Shown here: positions 1 to 11,921 of the stretch, one piece after another | Numbering within the stretch: position 1 is the stretch's first letter | Layout: every line of letters begins with the position of its first letter | DNA from: Lama glama | Lineage: Eukaryota | Assembly (NCBI GenBank): GCA_028534125.1 | Contig: CM052841.1 | Coordinates: 40,858,001-40,922,000 of the forward strand | Length of the DNA stretch: 64,000 nt | Direction: 5' to 3' | Position numbers and translations under genes: made by a program | The notes under the pieces: generated by a model | The model's input: the letters and a program-made list of their open reading frames with translations, nothing else | Database searches by the model: none | What the model was told of the DNA's origin: nothing

Positions 1-430
1 TGCGGGAATAAACGAATACTAATGGTTTTGCTCTGTTTTCTAATAGTTAGGCATAAAGCTTTGGAAAGGTTGATTTTAAATATTTTCTAAACCCTTGGAA
101 AGTTTGGGTTTAGATTTTTAAGGTGGAAAAGTAGGTAGTATTTGGAGAGTGGTCTACCTTATAAAACTTTTTAAGTTAGTAGATCTGAATATGCTTCCTA
201 GTATTATTACATACACTCCTTTTGATCTTTTAAGGAGTTTTGTATGCACTAAAGAGTTTCCTTGTGGTAGACAAAATAATTTGTGCTGTAGTTAAGTGAA
301 GTAACTGAAATCTAGAACATTTCAGAAAAGATTTCCTTTCCTTGTAGCTAAACTCACTGCTTTTGAAGCTGCTTATTTGATTTTTTGTATATCTGTTAAA
401 CTCACTAAACTTCAATTACACTTTCTCTAG

Positions 431-494
431 TGCTGCACAGCTAGTGAGCTATCCTGGGAAGAACAAGATCCCCTTGAACTACCACATAGTTGAG
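431..494 (+). CDS. NCBP1: NCBP1 (CBP80) coding exon, probably exon 10 of 23: (C)AAQLVSYPGKNKIPLNYHIVE
   Basis: ctttctctAG acceptor, GTAAGC donor; 64 nt; peptide matches recalled human CBP80; phase consistent with the next exon. Confidence 0.96.
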
Positions 495-868
495 GTAAGC
501 ATTTCACATGGAGCTTGTTTCTAAGCCTCCAGATCTTTCTGTTGACTTTAAAGTATTATCTACTCCTAGTCTATTTTGTTGTTCTTGGTACTTATCACTG
601 AAAATTATCAGAGCAAAGAGGAAATCGCTTTCAGTTTTGGTGCTCTATTAGCCATGTTAGCGGCTAAGAGAAAAGAGGAGGTTGAGAACAGTAGCCAAGT
701 AGGATTTTGAGTTGCCTGCAGTTCATTTATTTAGTATTATCTTCATGAGTAGTTACCATGGATAATGTAAGTTACTTCTAACTATCAGTACATTGCCCAC
801 TTAACAGATGTATAAATGGCTTAAATACCTTAAAATATTGTATTTTCAGGCAAATACCTGTGTGGGTA

Positions 869-900
<32 letters not shown>

Positions 901-927
901 CGTATATATGTGTGTGTATATATATAT
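869..927. repeat. (TG)n/(TA)n compound microsatellite forming the tail of the adjacent SINE
   Basis: Direct reading. Confidence 0.9.
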
Positions 928-1011
928 TTTTTTTAACAGAGGTACTGAGGATTGAACTCAGGGCCTCATACATACTAAGCATGTGCTCTACCACTGAGCT
1001 GTACTCACCCC
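927..1011 (-). mobile_element. tRNA-derived SINE, camelid Vic-1 type
   Basis: Reverse complement gives gggg..tacagctcagtggtagagcacatgcttagtatgtatgaggccctgagttcaatcctcagtacctc (A and B boxes). Confidence 0.85.
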
Positions 1012-1997
1012 TACCTCCCTAGATAACCTATCTTTAACTGTGTTTATCTGGCCTCTTATTACTAACATATACCTGACCAGTATATTATTTCCTGTACCGT
1101 AAGGTAGAGGTAGGTATGAATCCTTATTTATTCTTAGAAATCAAAAGAGCGAAAAAAACAGTGTTTTCACTTGACAGATGGGTCAAACTGTCAGTTGCAT
1201 TATTCCTTTATGTTAAAAATACTCAACGTGAGCAGTTATTATGCATTATTTGATTCACTTTTTATTCATACTGAGCCTATATGCTTTCTTGAAAGTACTG
1301 CACCTGTTCTGTCTTTATAAAACTTGAGACTGTGCGTAGGCTTTGAACTTGACTCATTGACATGAAAATTGAAATGCAAAACATAAGTTATATTTTTAAA
1401 TCTTCAGAATGTTTAGAAATTCATCAGAATGAAGTACAGAAGTGTAGGGGATGGGAGTGAGAGGAAGGAATGCAGACCAGGCTTTAGGATTCTAGGTAGG
1501 TGATCCGTAATTACAGAAAGAATGGAAACAGCTTTCAGAGCAAGAGCATGGCAAAGAAGTTTTGGACTACCAAAAAGATTTCAAGTAGCAGTGTAGAATG
1601 ACTAGACTGTCTTCTGTTCCCATGCTTAGAGTCTAAAAAGGGTTTTATATCTTATAGGAATGAAACTGATGGGTCTTTGAGCCCCCAGTAAACTGTACCT
1701 CCCTGAACTAACAATGATACTTCCAAACTTGGAATTTAATTGCAGTTTTCGGAGAGTATCAAATAAGCATTAATTTTTGCATAGTCCTATTTGAGTTATA
1801 GAAATAAGGAATCTTCATTACAGTGTTTAGTTAGAGATCTTTGTGTTTAAAAAACATACTTTTAAAGATGAAAAATTAATTTTTTTTCATTATGGATGCC
1901 ATAGAGTTAGAGTTGACGTTTAGAACATTGAGGTCTTTCTCATAGTAGAAGTGCATAGATAGCTGTTGAATTGTTCTGACTCATGTTTCCTTTGTAG

Positions 1998-2108
1998 GTG
2001 ATCTTTGCAGAACTCTTTCAACTTCCAGCACCCCCTCACATTGATGTGATGTACACAACACTTCTCATTGAACTGTGCAAACTTCAGCCTGGCTCTCTAC
2101 CCCAAGTT
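1998..2108 (+). CDS. NCBP1: NCBP1 exon ~11: [37 protein letters not shown]
   Basis: tttgtAG acceptor; 111 nt; followed by the U12-type donor GTATCCTTT. Confidence 0.97.
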
Positions 2109-2822
2109 GTATCCTTTCCTTTGTTTTTAAACATACTCTCTTTGGCCTTGCTTTAAGAGACTATTAAATATTTTTGCTTGTAGGTTTAAGTCACTTCATG
2201 AAAACAGTTTAGCATTTCTTTAAAAGTTACATGTACCATACAATCCAGCCATTCTACTCTTGAGTATTTATCCAGGAGAATTAAAGTTCATAACTATTTG
2301 TAGTAACCTGAAAATGGAAACAATTAAATATCCATCAATACATCAGTAGACAAACAAATTTTGTATTTATTTATACAATGGAATACTACTCAGTAATAAG
2401 AAAACAATAAATTTTTGATGCAGGCAACAACATGAATGAATTAAAAAATAATTAAGTAAAAGATGCCAAACAAATACGAATTCATGCTAATGATACCATT
2501 TATACAAAATCCTAGAAAATGCAAAGTAATCTAGTGACAGCAGACCAGTGTTTGCTTGGGGGCATAAATGAGGAGGGGAAGAAGAGAGAATGGATTACAA
2601 AGGAGCATGGAGAGATTTTGGAGGTGATCTAAATATTCATTGTCTTAATTTCATGGATGTGTTCAGGTCAAATGTACATCATTGATCCTCAAAGATCAAT
2701 CACTTGAAAAAGATGCTCAATATTATTGTTATACAGACTTCTAGGAAATGTTACTTATTTTTCCATTACAACTTATTTTCAAGGAGAGTAGAGAATAGTT
2801 TTCCTTATCCCGAAATTCACAG
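2109..2822 (+). other. NCBP1: U12-type (minor spliceosome) GT-AG intron of NCBP1
   Basis: 5'ss GTATCCTTT is the exact U12 consensus; branch TTCCTTATC at 2801-2809 with A2807 15 nt from the 3' end; no polypyrimidine tract (cgaaattcacAG); flanking exons join in frame (PQV|LAQ). Confidence 0.9.
2220..2700 (+). mobile_element. Old L1 (L1MC/ME-like) 3' fragment inside the U12 intron
   Basis: ccagccattctactcttgagtatttatcc...caatggaatactactcag...gcaacaacatgaatgaa are typical L1 3' motifs. Confidence 0.75.
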
Positions 2823-2887
2823 CTTGCACAGGCAACTGAAATGTTATATATGCGTTTGGACACAATGAATACTACATGCGTAGACAG
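2823..2887 (+). CDS. NCBP1: NCBP1 exon ~12: LAQATEMLYMRLDTMNTTCVD(R)
   Basis: cacAG / GTATAG; 65 nt; matches CBP80. Confidence 0.96.
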
Positions 2888-4206
2888 GTATAGTACTTGC
2901 CTTATTTCTATACTGAGTGTTAGCAGCTTCTGCTCCCTATGCTTTATAAAAGATTTTGATCAGCAAAACATTTGCCTCTTTTAATAATTTCCAAGTTAGT
3001 TTTTCTTTCCTGCCTCCTCAATATAATCTTTTATATAAATATAAAACTCATAGTTGTAATATAACATTACACTTCTCGTCTGACTTCCAGTATGAAATGA
3101 TGCCCACCCTGAGGTTTTCTTTAATTTCCTTCATTGTTTACTAGTTTGATGCCTTGGTGTGGTTATACTTTTCCCTCTGTAATTGGGTAGGTAAGCTTTT
3201 AAAATAGGCTTTATTCTAACCCATATGTAAAAGCAGAGTCTAATACTGTACATTTATTTTATATGTATATATATAACATGTGTATTTTTGTTTATAGTTA
3301 GTATCTGCTTCTAAAATAGCTAGCTTCTGTATAACTACAGCTTCAAGACTCAGTTTGTACAAAAGACCATATTGAGTTTTCTGTCAGTTTCCCAAATTAG
3401 ATCAGGGCAGATACTGAACATTTTCTATAATCTATCATGTCCATTGTTCAAATGGAATATTTGAAAATTATCAGTAAGGGCTATCCTATTTTGTTGACCT
3501 GTTATCTTGAGTAATTTCAGTGATTGAAATTATAGATGCATGAGGGATTTACTTTAAGAAAGTGCTGAGTTTTTTCTCCAGTCTAATTAATAAACCTCCA
3601 GTTGTATTGAGTATCCCAATTATGCCATTCATTCAAGCATCGGGCTCTTACAAATTTCATAACATTATGCAGTATACTAAGGTGATCCCTCTTTAGTTAG
3701 ATGAGATAAATATTTTTAACGGAAAAAGGAACTTCAATGGTATTTTTTGTTTGTTTGTGGTGAGAAGGGCATGGTGTGGTGATGAGAGACTGCTTTGGCT
3801 CCTCCGTTTATAAAATATTCTTAACCTCTTTTTCCCCACCCTATGTTTTATTATCAATTAAATAAGGAAAGTAGTACATTCCTCAGAAGTTATTGTGAGA
3901 ATTAAATTATATAAACATATATAAGGTACTTGATACAAAACAGGCACTCAAATCTCATCTCTTATTCACTTAAAAAGGATAGCACTGTTAGGAGGAGTGA
4001 GATAGACTAATTTTTTTGAAGTAGAAGATGAGTTACAGAATTTGTACAAAAAAGGGCAAGTAGCAGGAGAAGACACAGCTGTAACTAGAGAGGTGTGCTT
4101 TTTATTTAACTCTAAAATATGGTTTTATTTGCCTGAAGGATTATGTAACCTGTTGTAAATTGCAACCATTCATCCTTTTCTGTCGTCACCCTACTTCTCT
4201 GTATAG

Positions 4207-4269
4207 GTTTATTAATTGGTTTTCCCATCATCTAAGTAACTTCCAGTTCCGTTGGAGCTGGGAAGATTG
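4207..4269 (+). CDS. NCBP1: NCBP1 exon ~13: [20 protein letters not shown](W)
   Basis: tatAG / GTAAGT; 63 nt; matches CBP80. Confidence 0.97.
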
Positions 4270-4500
4270 GTAAGTGGTTACATTGCATCTTTCTTTTCTC
4301 TACAGTCAACCGTAGTTTTTTAAAAAACTGTTAATTAAAAGTATAACATAAAAGCAATCTTCTTCACAGTCTGAAAGATGTAGTTTATTTTTGATGTTTA
4401 TATAGATAAATGAAATTTAGATAGAAGGGAACTATTTGTAGCTATGTACAGGTTAGGTATAGTGAGATGTATAAAAACTTAAACTATATCTCCTCATTAG

Positions 4501-4575
4501 GTCAGATTGTCTTACTCAAGATCCTGAAAGTCCCAAACCAAAGTTTGTAAGAGAAGTTCTAGAAAAATGTATGAG
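4501..4575 (+). CDS. NCBP1: NCBP1 exon ~14: SDCLTQDPESPKPKFVREVLEKCM(R)
   Basis: cattAG / GTAAGC; 75 nt; matches CBP80. Confidence 0.97.
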
Positions 4576-4779
4576 GTAAGCTCTTTGCGTTTTCTCCTTA
4601 GCTTAGGTCTTCTAACTTCTGTGAAGGAATTTTTCTTTTCTCTGCATTTGTGATGTGTGTCCAGAATATCATTTTTAAAATCCAAGTACTTGCCTCTCTT
4701 CCTTTTCAGTTTTTAATCAAGATTTAAGCAGAAAAACCTAGGCAACCATGCCATCTGGATTCTATGTGAATTAAGCCAA

Positions 4780-6160
4780 TAAGTTTTGTTTTTGTTTTTG
4801 GCAAATATACTTTGAAATAATTTCAAATTTCAGGAAAGTTGCCAAAAATAGTTCAAAGAACGCTGTATTGTGTTCGTCTAGATACTCTAGTGTTAACATT
4901 TTACATTTTTTTTAATGATTAGTCCTTGTATGTATGTACTCTTTATATCAGTCTTTTTCTGAATCTGTTGAAAACAAGCTGAAAATATGATGTCCTGTCA
5001 TCCTTTATCAGGCCATTGTATATTCCCCCAAAACAAAAACACTCTTCTACATGACCAGCATACAGTGATACTACTATACAATACTCGGTGGCTGCCGAAA
5101 TTTTGCCAGCCATCCCAAAAATGTCTTTTTCCTTTCTGGTCCAGAATGCTATCCAGAAACATGTGTAGCATTTAGTTGTCATTTTCTTCAGATTCCTCAG
5201 TCTTCAATAGCTATTATTCTTTTTCTGTCTTTGTGCCATTGTCAGTTTTAAAGAATGTAGGCCTTATTTTGTTGTGTCTCCTTGATGTGTCCTCATGACT
5301 CAAAGTCTTGCATTATCCCACCACTGAAAATGATCACATGGCCATATCAGTGTTTGTCATGCTTCTCTACCTTAAATTCACCAGCTTTCCCTTTATAGTT
5401 GATTAATATTTTGAAGGAGATATTCTGAGGTTACACTCATATCCTGTTCTTCATCACACCTCCACCGACAACTCCTACCATTATCTACCAACACTGTGAT
5501 GAGTCTCTTTTTACATTATTTTTTCTGCTTTTATTAGTTATTATTCTATTGTAAGAAAGAGCTTACCTTTTTCACCCATTTATTAATTCCTCGGTTTATA
5601 TATCAGTAGGGACTAATGGATGTGTTTCATTCAGTGAGTTATAATTCATTACTGTCATTATTTATTTTGATGCTCAAATTGTCCCTTATTTGGCCATTGG
5701 GAGTCCCTTGTGGCTCCTGTGTCTTTTTTTTATTTTTATTTTTAATGTCCCCCCTCCATTGAGCATTTCCTTATTTCTAGCATACGATGTTCCGGGCTCA
5801 TCTTGTGTTTCCTTGCCCCTTCCCTGGGGTCATCTATTTACTCGAGTCTGAGTTTCTAGTAGTAGAGTATGATATTTAGGAACCAAGATCTGGACATTTG
5901 ATGTGCTTATTGCTATTGGAGTATCATTGGTCTAGGCCCTCTGGATGGACAAGGATAGTGCATATACTTCTGCACACATAAACACATGCATATAGGCATG
6001 TCTATAACTTTTTCATGTCTACTGAGGTATGTGTATCCCTCTAGTTCCAACCCAGCATCTCATTTTTTTTTAGCCTTCCCCTTTGCCATGGTTTCTAGAT
6101 ACCTTTTCGGCATTAAGGAACTTGGCTTCCATTAGCCTCAATAAGTATTTGCTGCAGTAT
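4780..6160 (-). mobile_element. Old L1 (L1ME/MC-like) 3' region, antisense
   Basis: Typical antisense L1M 3'UTR wording (ttttgatgctcaaattgtccc..tttggcca, gatatttaggaaccaagatctgg); boundaries approximate. Confidence 0.65.
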
Positions 6161-6476
6161 AAACCAGCCTCCCAACTATGCAGACTGTCTCCTTCACCTC
6201 ACCTCACCCCACCATCATCACCACCCCATATCCCTGGCCACCAGGCTCGTGGACCCACTGGCCCACATCTCAGTGCAAACCAGTAAGTTTTGAAGAAGAC
6301 TTGAGCTCTGAAGTGCTGGCCTAGACAAAAGTTTAAAGAACTTGTTTTCCCTTTTTACTTCTTGGTTGTCAGCTGAGTCCAGGGTGTTGGAGATTGTGAC
6401 TTTCTGGGTAAGTTGGATGTTGCTGAAGAATGGAACTGATGAATGACATTTTCTGAGGCTCTTACTTGTATTGTAG

Positions 6477-6580
6477 GTTGTCTTACCATCAGCGGATATT
6501 AGATATTGTCCCTCCTACCTTCTCAGCTCTATGTCCTGCAAATCCAACCTGCATTTACAAGTATGGAGATGAAAGTAGCA
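6477..6580 (+). CDS. NCBP1: NCBP1 exon ~15: LSYHQRILDIVPPTFSALCPANPTCIYKYGDESS
   Basis: ttgtAG / GTAAGT; 104 nt; matches CBP80. Confidence 0.97.
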
Positions 6581-8888
6581 GTAAGTAGCAAAATAAAACA
6601 AATCCATCCCTTTTTAGAAAGTACTGATGAAAGTATTCTCTGAAGCCAGTTATTTAAGGTGGAGAAAGTGATCTTTTCCTTTTATTGGGTTTATATTTTC
6701 TGTTTGAAAAGTGATTGCTCACCAGCCACTGTTGTTTTATTTCCCCCGATCATCATTTTGAACATTCCCAGTGATATAAGTTATTTATTTCTGACTTTTA
6801 ACTTTTTTCTTTTTTCTTAGTTTTGTTTTTAGTTTTATATCTATAACATTTTAAATGTGCTGCTAAGTATAGCAGGATGAATTTAGAACCATAACTTATC
6901 AAAATGAAATGTATGGTTTTCATGGCAGCGGAGATTCCTTGAATTGATTTTCATCTGATAACAGTTCAGGTGTGGGAACATAGGTGCACATAACTATCTT
7001 TTGACCAGCAGTGTGTCTCTAGAAGTAAATTCTTAAATATGCTTTTCCTACTTTTTGCTCACATCATTTTTTGCACTGTAAATCAGGGGGACTATAATTT
7101 GATATGCCATTTTGTGCTTTACACTTAATGAAGGTAAGGGTGTACATTGGTGATCACTAGTAGAGAGTTAAGTATGGAGTTTTTCCAAGTTAGTCTTTTT
7201 CAGATGGCACTGAACAGGCTCCTCCATGAGCTTCCCATTTCATGTTTGTAGCATTTCTTTGCATCTTGATACTCACTGCACTCCCTTGCTTTCTCATACT
7301 GCATTCCTGGTTCTCCACCTGCACCTCAGACTGTACCTGCTTTCCTTGAAATAAACTCAGTTGATCCTAATGTTAAGTACATTTCCTATGTTATTATGTC
7401 ACTTAATCCTTAAAACAACTCTGAAAAATAGGTATGTTTATTATAACAATTTTATAATGAAGAAATGGCTTCAAAGAGGTGAAGCCAGAGTGAGATTGTT
7501 TGAGCAGTAGAGCCCAGACTCAAATCCAGGCTTACTAGCTGAGTAGTCCTGCTCTCAGCCACTGTGTTTTCCTGAAAGAGCAAAGCTTGGTGTGACACTT
7601 ACAAGTGCCAAGTTTTGATTTCTGCTTTGTACTGCCTCAGAGGACAGTAAGATACAGTCTTTGATATCAAAGAGTTCAGACTTTTGTTAAACATTGAGCT
7701 TTCTTTTTTCCCATAGAAATAACTCAGCCTAACATTTAAGGCCTTCCTAACAGTTGTTTCTACTTTGTTATATGTATATGTCACTTCTTCCCAGATGGAC
7801 CTTTACTCCAGCCAGGCCCACTTCCTTTTTATTTTTTCCGTGCTTCTTGTTCATGGTTTTTGCCTTTGTTTGTGCCATTACCCGGTTCTGGAAAGCCCTT
7901 TTTGTCTCTGATTCATGTTCTCTCTCCAGGGTCTAGCCCAAGCTCCACTCATATAAATGTTTTTTAAGCCTTTAGCAAGCCAGTTTTGTGTTGCTCTCCG
8001 GCTACTACTTATGTGAATATCTTGGTTCCCCACGTAGAATGTAGACTCCTTAACAGCAGGGGATTCTTTTTTTTTTTTTCCTCCCACTTACTTTCTCTCT
8101 CACTTTCAAGGAAAAGCACACAGCACATGTGACCTGTTGTAATTGACTTTACTTACTCATATTCTATGTCAGGATTGCCTTTATGTTACCTGTTTGTCCA
8201 CATTACATTAAATGTAGATTTCCAGTTGCTCTGGTGATGCCTTACAGTATATATTGGCACAAGTTTCATACAAGGACTCAACAGATAGTAACCAATGGTA
8301 AACATGTGGAGTCACAGCCCATGAGCATCTGGCTAGTGTAGATTCAAGGATGTGGATTCAGCAAAAGAGAAAAGCAAAAAATCTGTCTTAAGTTAGCAGC
8401 CTTTACTTGTTCAAACTCAAACTTAGTTTCCGCTGTCTTAGGAAGAAGAAGGAGGAGGAAGGGTACATTGACAAAAATGAAAGAAATACAGTTGATTCTC
8501 GGCTTTTCAGCTTACAGAGGCCTAGGGATTTGAGGACTGTCAAAGAACAATTGCAACTATGTCCACATTTCCCCTCACCCCTCATTCCTGAGGAAGATCA
8601 GTACCCTTTATACTCTGAACTACAATTAGCTAATTGTTCTTAAGGAAGTATTGAGGTGAGAGTTCTCTCTTATGCTGTATTTTAAGTGAAAAACCATTGG
8701 CCTATTAAATGAAACTTTCACATATGGTTATCTTTATATAGATTAAATACTGATCTTGGGATAAAGAATATCCTATTTTTAAAAAAAAATTTTTTTTTTA
8801 AGTTTCACAATTACTAAACTATTTGTGAGAATCGTCTTAAAACCTCATCTAATTCTCCTCTCTGCCCTCCTCCCCCTTCTGCGTTTAG

Positions 8889-9011
8889 ACTCTCTTCCTG
8901 GACATTCAGTTGCCCTCTGTTTAGCTGTTGCCTTTAAAAGTAAAGCAACGAATGATGAAATCTTCAGCATTCTGAAAGATGTACCAAATCCTAACCAGGA
9001 TGATGATGACG
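8889..9011 (+). CDS. NCBP1: NCBP1 exon ~16: SLPGHSVALCLAVAFKSKATNDEIFSILKDVPNPNQDDDD
   Basis: long pyrimidine tract then tttAG / GTAACA; 123 nt; visible inside ORF 8825-9022. Confidence 0.97.
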
Positions 9012-9936
9012 GTAACAATTAAATATTTCTTGAATGGAACTATGTATGGGTCAGGTTAAAGTATAAACGTAATTCTGGAACATGAGTTCCTCTTAAATCT
9101 CACAGAATACTCATAAAGCAATGTATTTGTTTGGCCTGTCCAGCCTGTCAGTTTTCCTTAGAACCCAGGTATTTTCTCCCTTAAACATTCCCTGCTTCCT
9201 CACTTTAGAGAGGTTCCTGCACAGGAAGGCTTGATGTATTATAAAGTTGGATGCTCTGTAAAATTAAGCTGTTATAATAATAATGTTTAACATAGTGAGT
9301 ATTTACCATGTGATTCCAACCAAAATCTGTAAATTTTTTTCTGGGCAAGAATGGGAAAATTGTAAAATAATTTCTAAGTTTATCATCAATAAATAGATAA
9401 GACCAAAAGTGATGAGAAGGACTTGCTTTATCACATATTAAAATATTTTTTAAAACTACAGTAACTAAAACAAAGACTAATCAGTAAAACAGAAGAAAAG
9501 TCTACGGAGACAACTGGGTAACCATTTGCGGGGAAATTTTATTAGATCTGTACGTAAGCATAGAAAATGACTTAATCAAAAATAAAACATTATTGGTATT
9601 TGCATTGTTTATTGCTGGGATTTTGTTATTATCTTACCACCACGTGGAGAGATATGAAGAAGGAAATCTCTGTGGTATTTGTAAAAGAAATGGATCATAT
9701 GGAAGAATTCGGGAAACAATCCCCAAAAACTAAGAATTGAGATTATACTTAGTTTTATATTTTGAGTATTTGACATCAGTGATGGTCTTTTGTTTTCTAT
9801 TAGTACTCAAAGACATTGCTGTCTGACTTAGTATTTGGATGTGAGTGTGCCATCTGTTTAGTTATTCAGGTGAAGGACCAAAGAATTACATTACTTAACA
9901 TTTTTCTGACTCTCTTAACTGTGGATTATTTTTCAG

Positions 9937-10039
9937 ATGAAGGGTTCAGTTTTAACCCACTGAAAATAGAGGTGTTTGTACAGACTCTGCTACACTTAGC
10001 AGCCAAGTCGTTCAGCCACTCCTTCAGTGCTCTTGCAAA
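9937..10039 (+). CDS. NCBP1: NCBP1 exon ~17: [33 protein letters not shown](K)
   Basis: tttcAG / GTAAGT; 103 nt; visible inside ORF 9816-10043. Confidence 0.97.
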
Positions 10040-10868
10040 GTAAGTGCAATCAGAACATGCACCTTTTCTTGAGGGTTTGGAACTTTGCTTGGTAAATACC
10101 AGTGGTATAGTAATTTTTACCTAAAATTGTTGAATATGAAGATATGAATAGTATTGTCATATAATTTGACATAATGGGTTTTGATTTGTGGTAGCTAAAA
10201 CCACCATCCTACAGCTGCTGTCGGTCGGTATGTACAGTTTGCAAATATGCGTGGAATGTACATTTTTTTGTATAGACCTTTAGAGAAATGAGTGGAAAAC
10301 CTGGGTCCATAGGACAGTCATATATACAGTAAGAAGTCAAGAACCCTGTCTAAGTGTCTTCCTAAAAGAAGGTAAGCAGAAGCGAGAGGTGGCTACATTT
10401 TGGGGAGCCACCCAGAGGTTGGCATCTAAAGACAGAACTTTCTAACTCGTCAGTCTAAAAGAAGAAAGAACGTATAGGTATTCCTCCAGCCACGCAAAGA
10501 AACTGGACTCCTCACCCCATCTCAACTTCCACGTTACTGTATGACTTGCAAGATTCCCAGAGAAGGTGCAGTCAGAATACTGCATTCGTGTTTAAGATAA
10601 TTCCTTAGCCATCACTTATTTTTAGATACACAATAAACTATAATCCTAGGCTAGTGATAGTATATTGTGATTCTCCTAAGATTTTGTGACAAATTGCATA
10701 CAAACTACAAATTCCTAATCATACCTTTTATATCCTTAATGGTTAATGTTTGGTTATTTTGCATTTATATATTGCACTGTAAATTGAATAACATTGTATG
10801 GGCATTAAAAACATTGAATTGCTTATTGAATAAGGTTATACGTGGTATTTTTCCCCTACTATCAAAAG

Positions 10869-10962
10869 GTTTCATGAAGTCTTCAAAACCCTAGCTGAAA
10901 GTGATGAAGGAAAATTACATGTTCTAAGAGTCATGTTTGAGGTCTGGCGGAACCATCCACAG
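10869..10962 (+). CDS. NCBP1: NCBP1 exon ~18: FHEVFKTLAESDEGKLHVLRVMFEVWRNHPQ
   Basis: atcaaaAG / GTAAAA; 94 nt; matches CBP80. Confidence 0.96.
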
Positions 10963-11083
10963 GTAAAAACTGACTACACATGTTGAGGTACTGATTGTAT
11001 AGGTATAATAATAAGGCAATTAATATCATTGTTTTAGTTTGTAAAACATGAAATTTGACTATACAATAGTTTCAAAATCTGTA

Positions 11084-11166
11084 GGGAGTTGGAGGTATAG
11101 CTCAGTGGTAGAGCGTGTGCTTGGCATACACAAGATCCTGGGTTCAATCCCCAATGCCTCCATTAA
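11084..11166 (+). mobile_element. tRNA-derived SINE, Vic-1 type
   Basis: ggtatagctcagtggtagagcg...gggttcaatcccc; possible TSD AAAATCTGT at 11074-11082 and 11194-11202. Confidence 0.85.
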
Positions 11167-11817
11167 GGAGGGGGCTTAAAAATTTTGCATAATAAAATCT
11201 GTGATTTTAGTGCTGTGGAAGTACTAATGTTTGAGTCACTCTTTAAAAAGCAAGTGTTAAAAAAAAAAAGCAAGTGTTATAATTGGTTTTGGGATTATAA
11301 TACCTCAACATATTTTAAACAGTAAGAATGTTTATTTCTTGGAAGATTGTCCAATTGGATAGGAAATAATTATCTAGTCTATCCAGTTTCTACAGATAAG
11401 CTCCAGATTTCTCAGACTTCAATATTTTTTTTCATACCATGTATTATAGAGGAATTAAAATTTCAGAATATATTTAAGACTTTCATAATGAAACATTATA
11501 TTTTTTAATTTTAAGATTCAATGGAAATTATATATTTTTGTGTGTATCATCTAAAATTAAAAAACAATTTAAGTGTTCCCATTCAGTGTGTCTTTTTGCT
11601 CAGTCCATCTTTATTGGTATTATTGTATTCTTAGAGTAAGTACCAGAGCCAAGCAGAAGCCAAACTAAGTCTTAGGATCTAATGGTCAAATTGATGAGTT
11701 CCATAACCACTCATAATGAATTTCACAGCCCTCCTATTTTACTTTTGTAGCAGTGGGATTATTGTGGTTTACATGTAAGTGTGATTTGCCTTAGTAACTC
11801 TTCTTTCCTCATTGTAG

Positions 11818-11921
11818 ATGATCGCTGTGCTAGTAGATAAGATGATTCGTACACAGATTGTTGACTGTGCTGCAGTAGCAAACTGGATCTTCTCTTCAGA
11901 ACTATCTCGTGACTTTACTAG
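11818..11921 (+). CDS. NCBP1: NCBP1 exon ~19: MIAVLVDKMIRTQIVDCAAVANWIFSSELSRDFT(R)
   Basis: ttgtAG / GTAATA; 104 nt; matches CBP80. Confidence 0.97.

Noticed and set aside
2171-2190. tttttgcttgtAG|GTttaag recursive-splice-like site inside the U12 intron
   Set aside because: The regenerated donor (GTTTAA) is poor and the intron is far too short for typical recursive splicing
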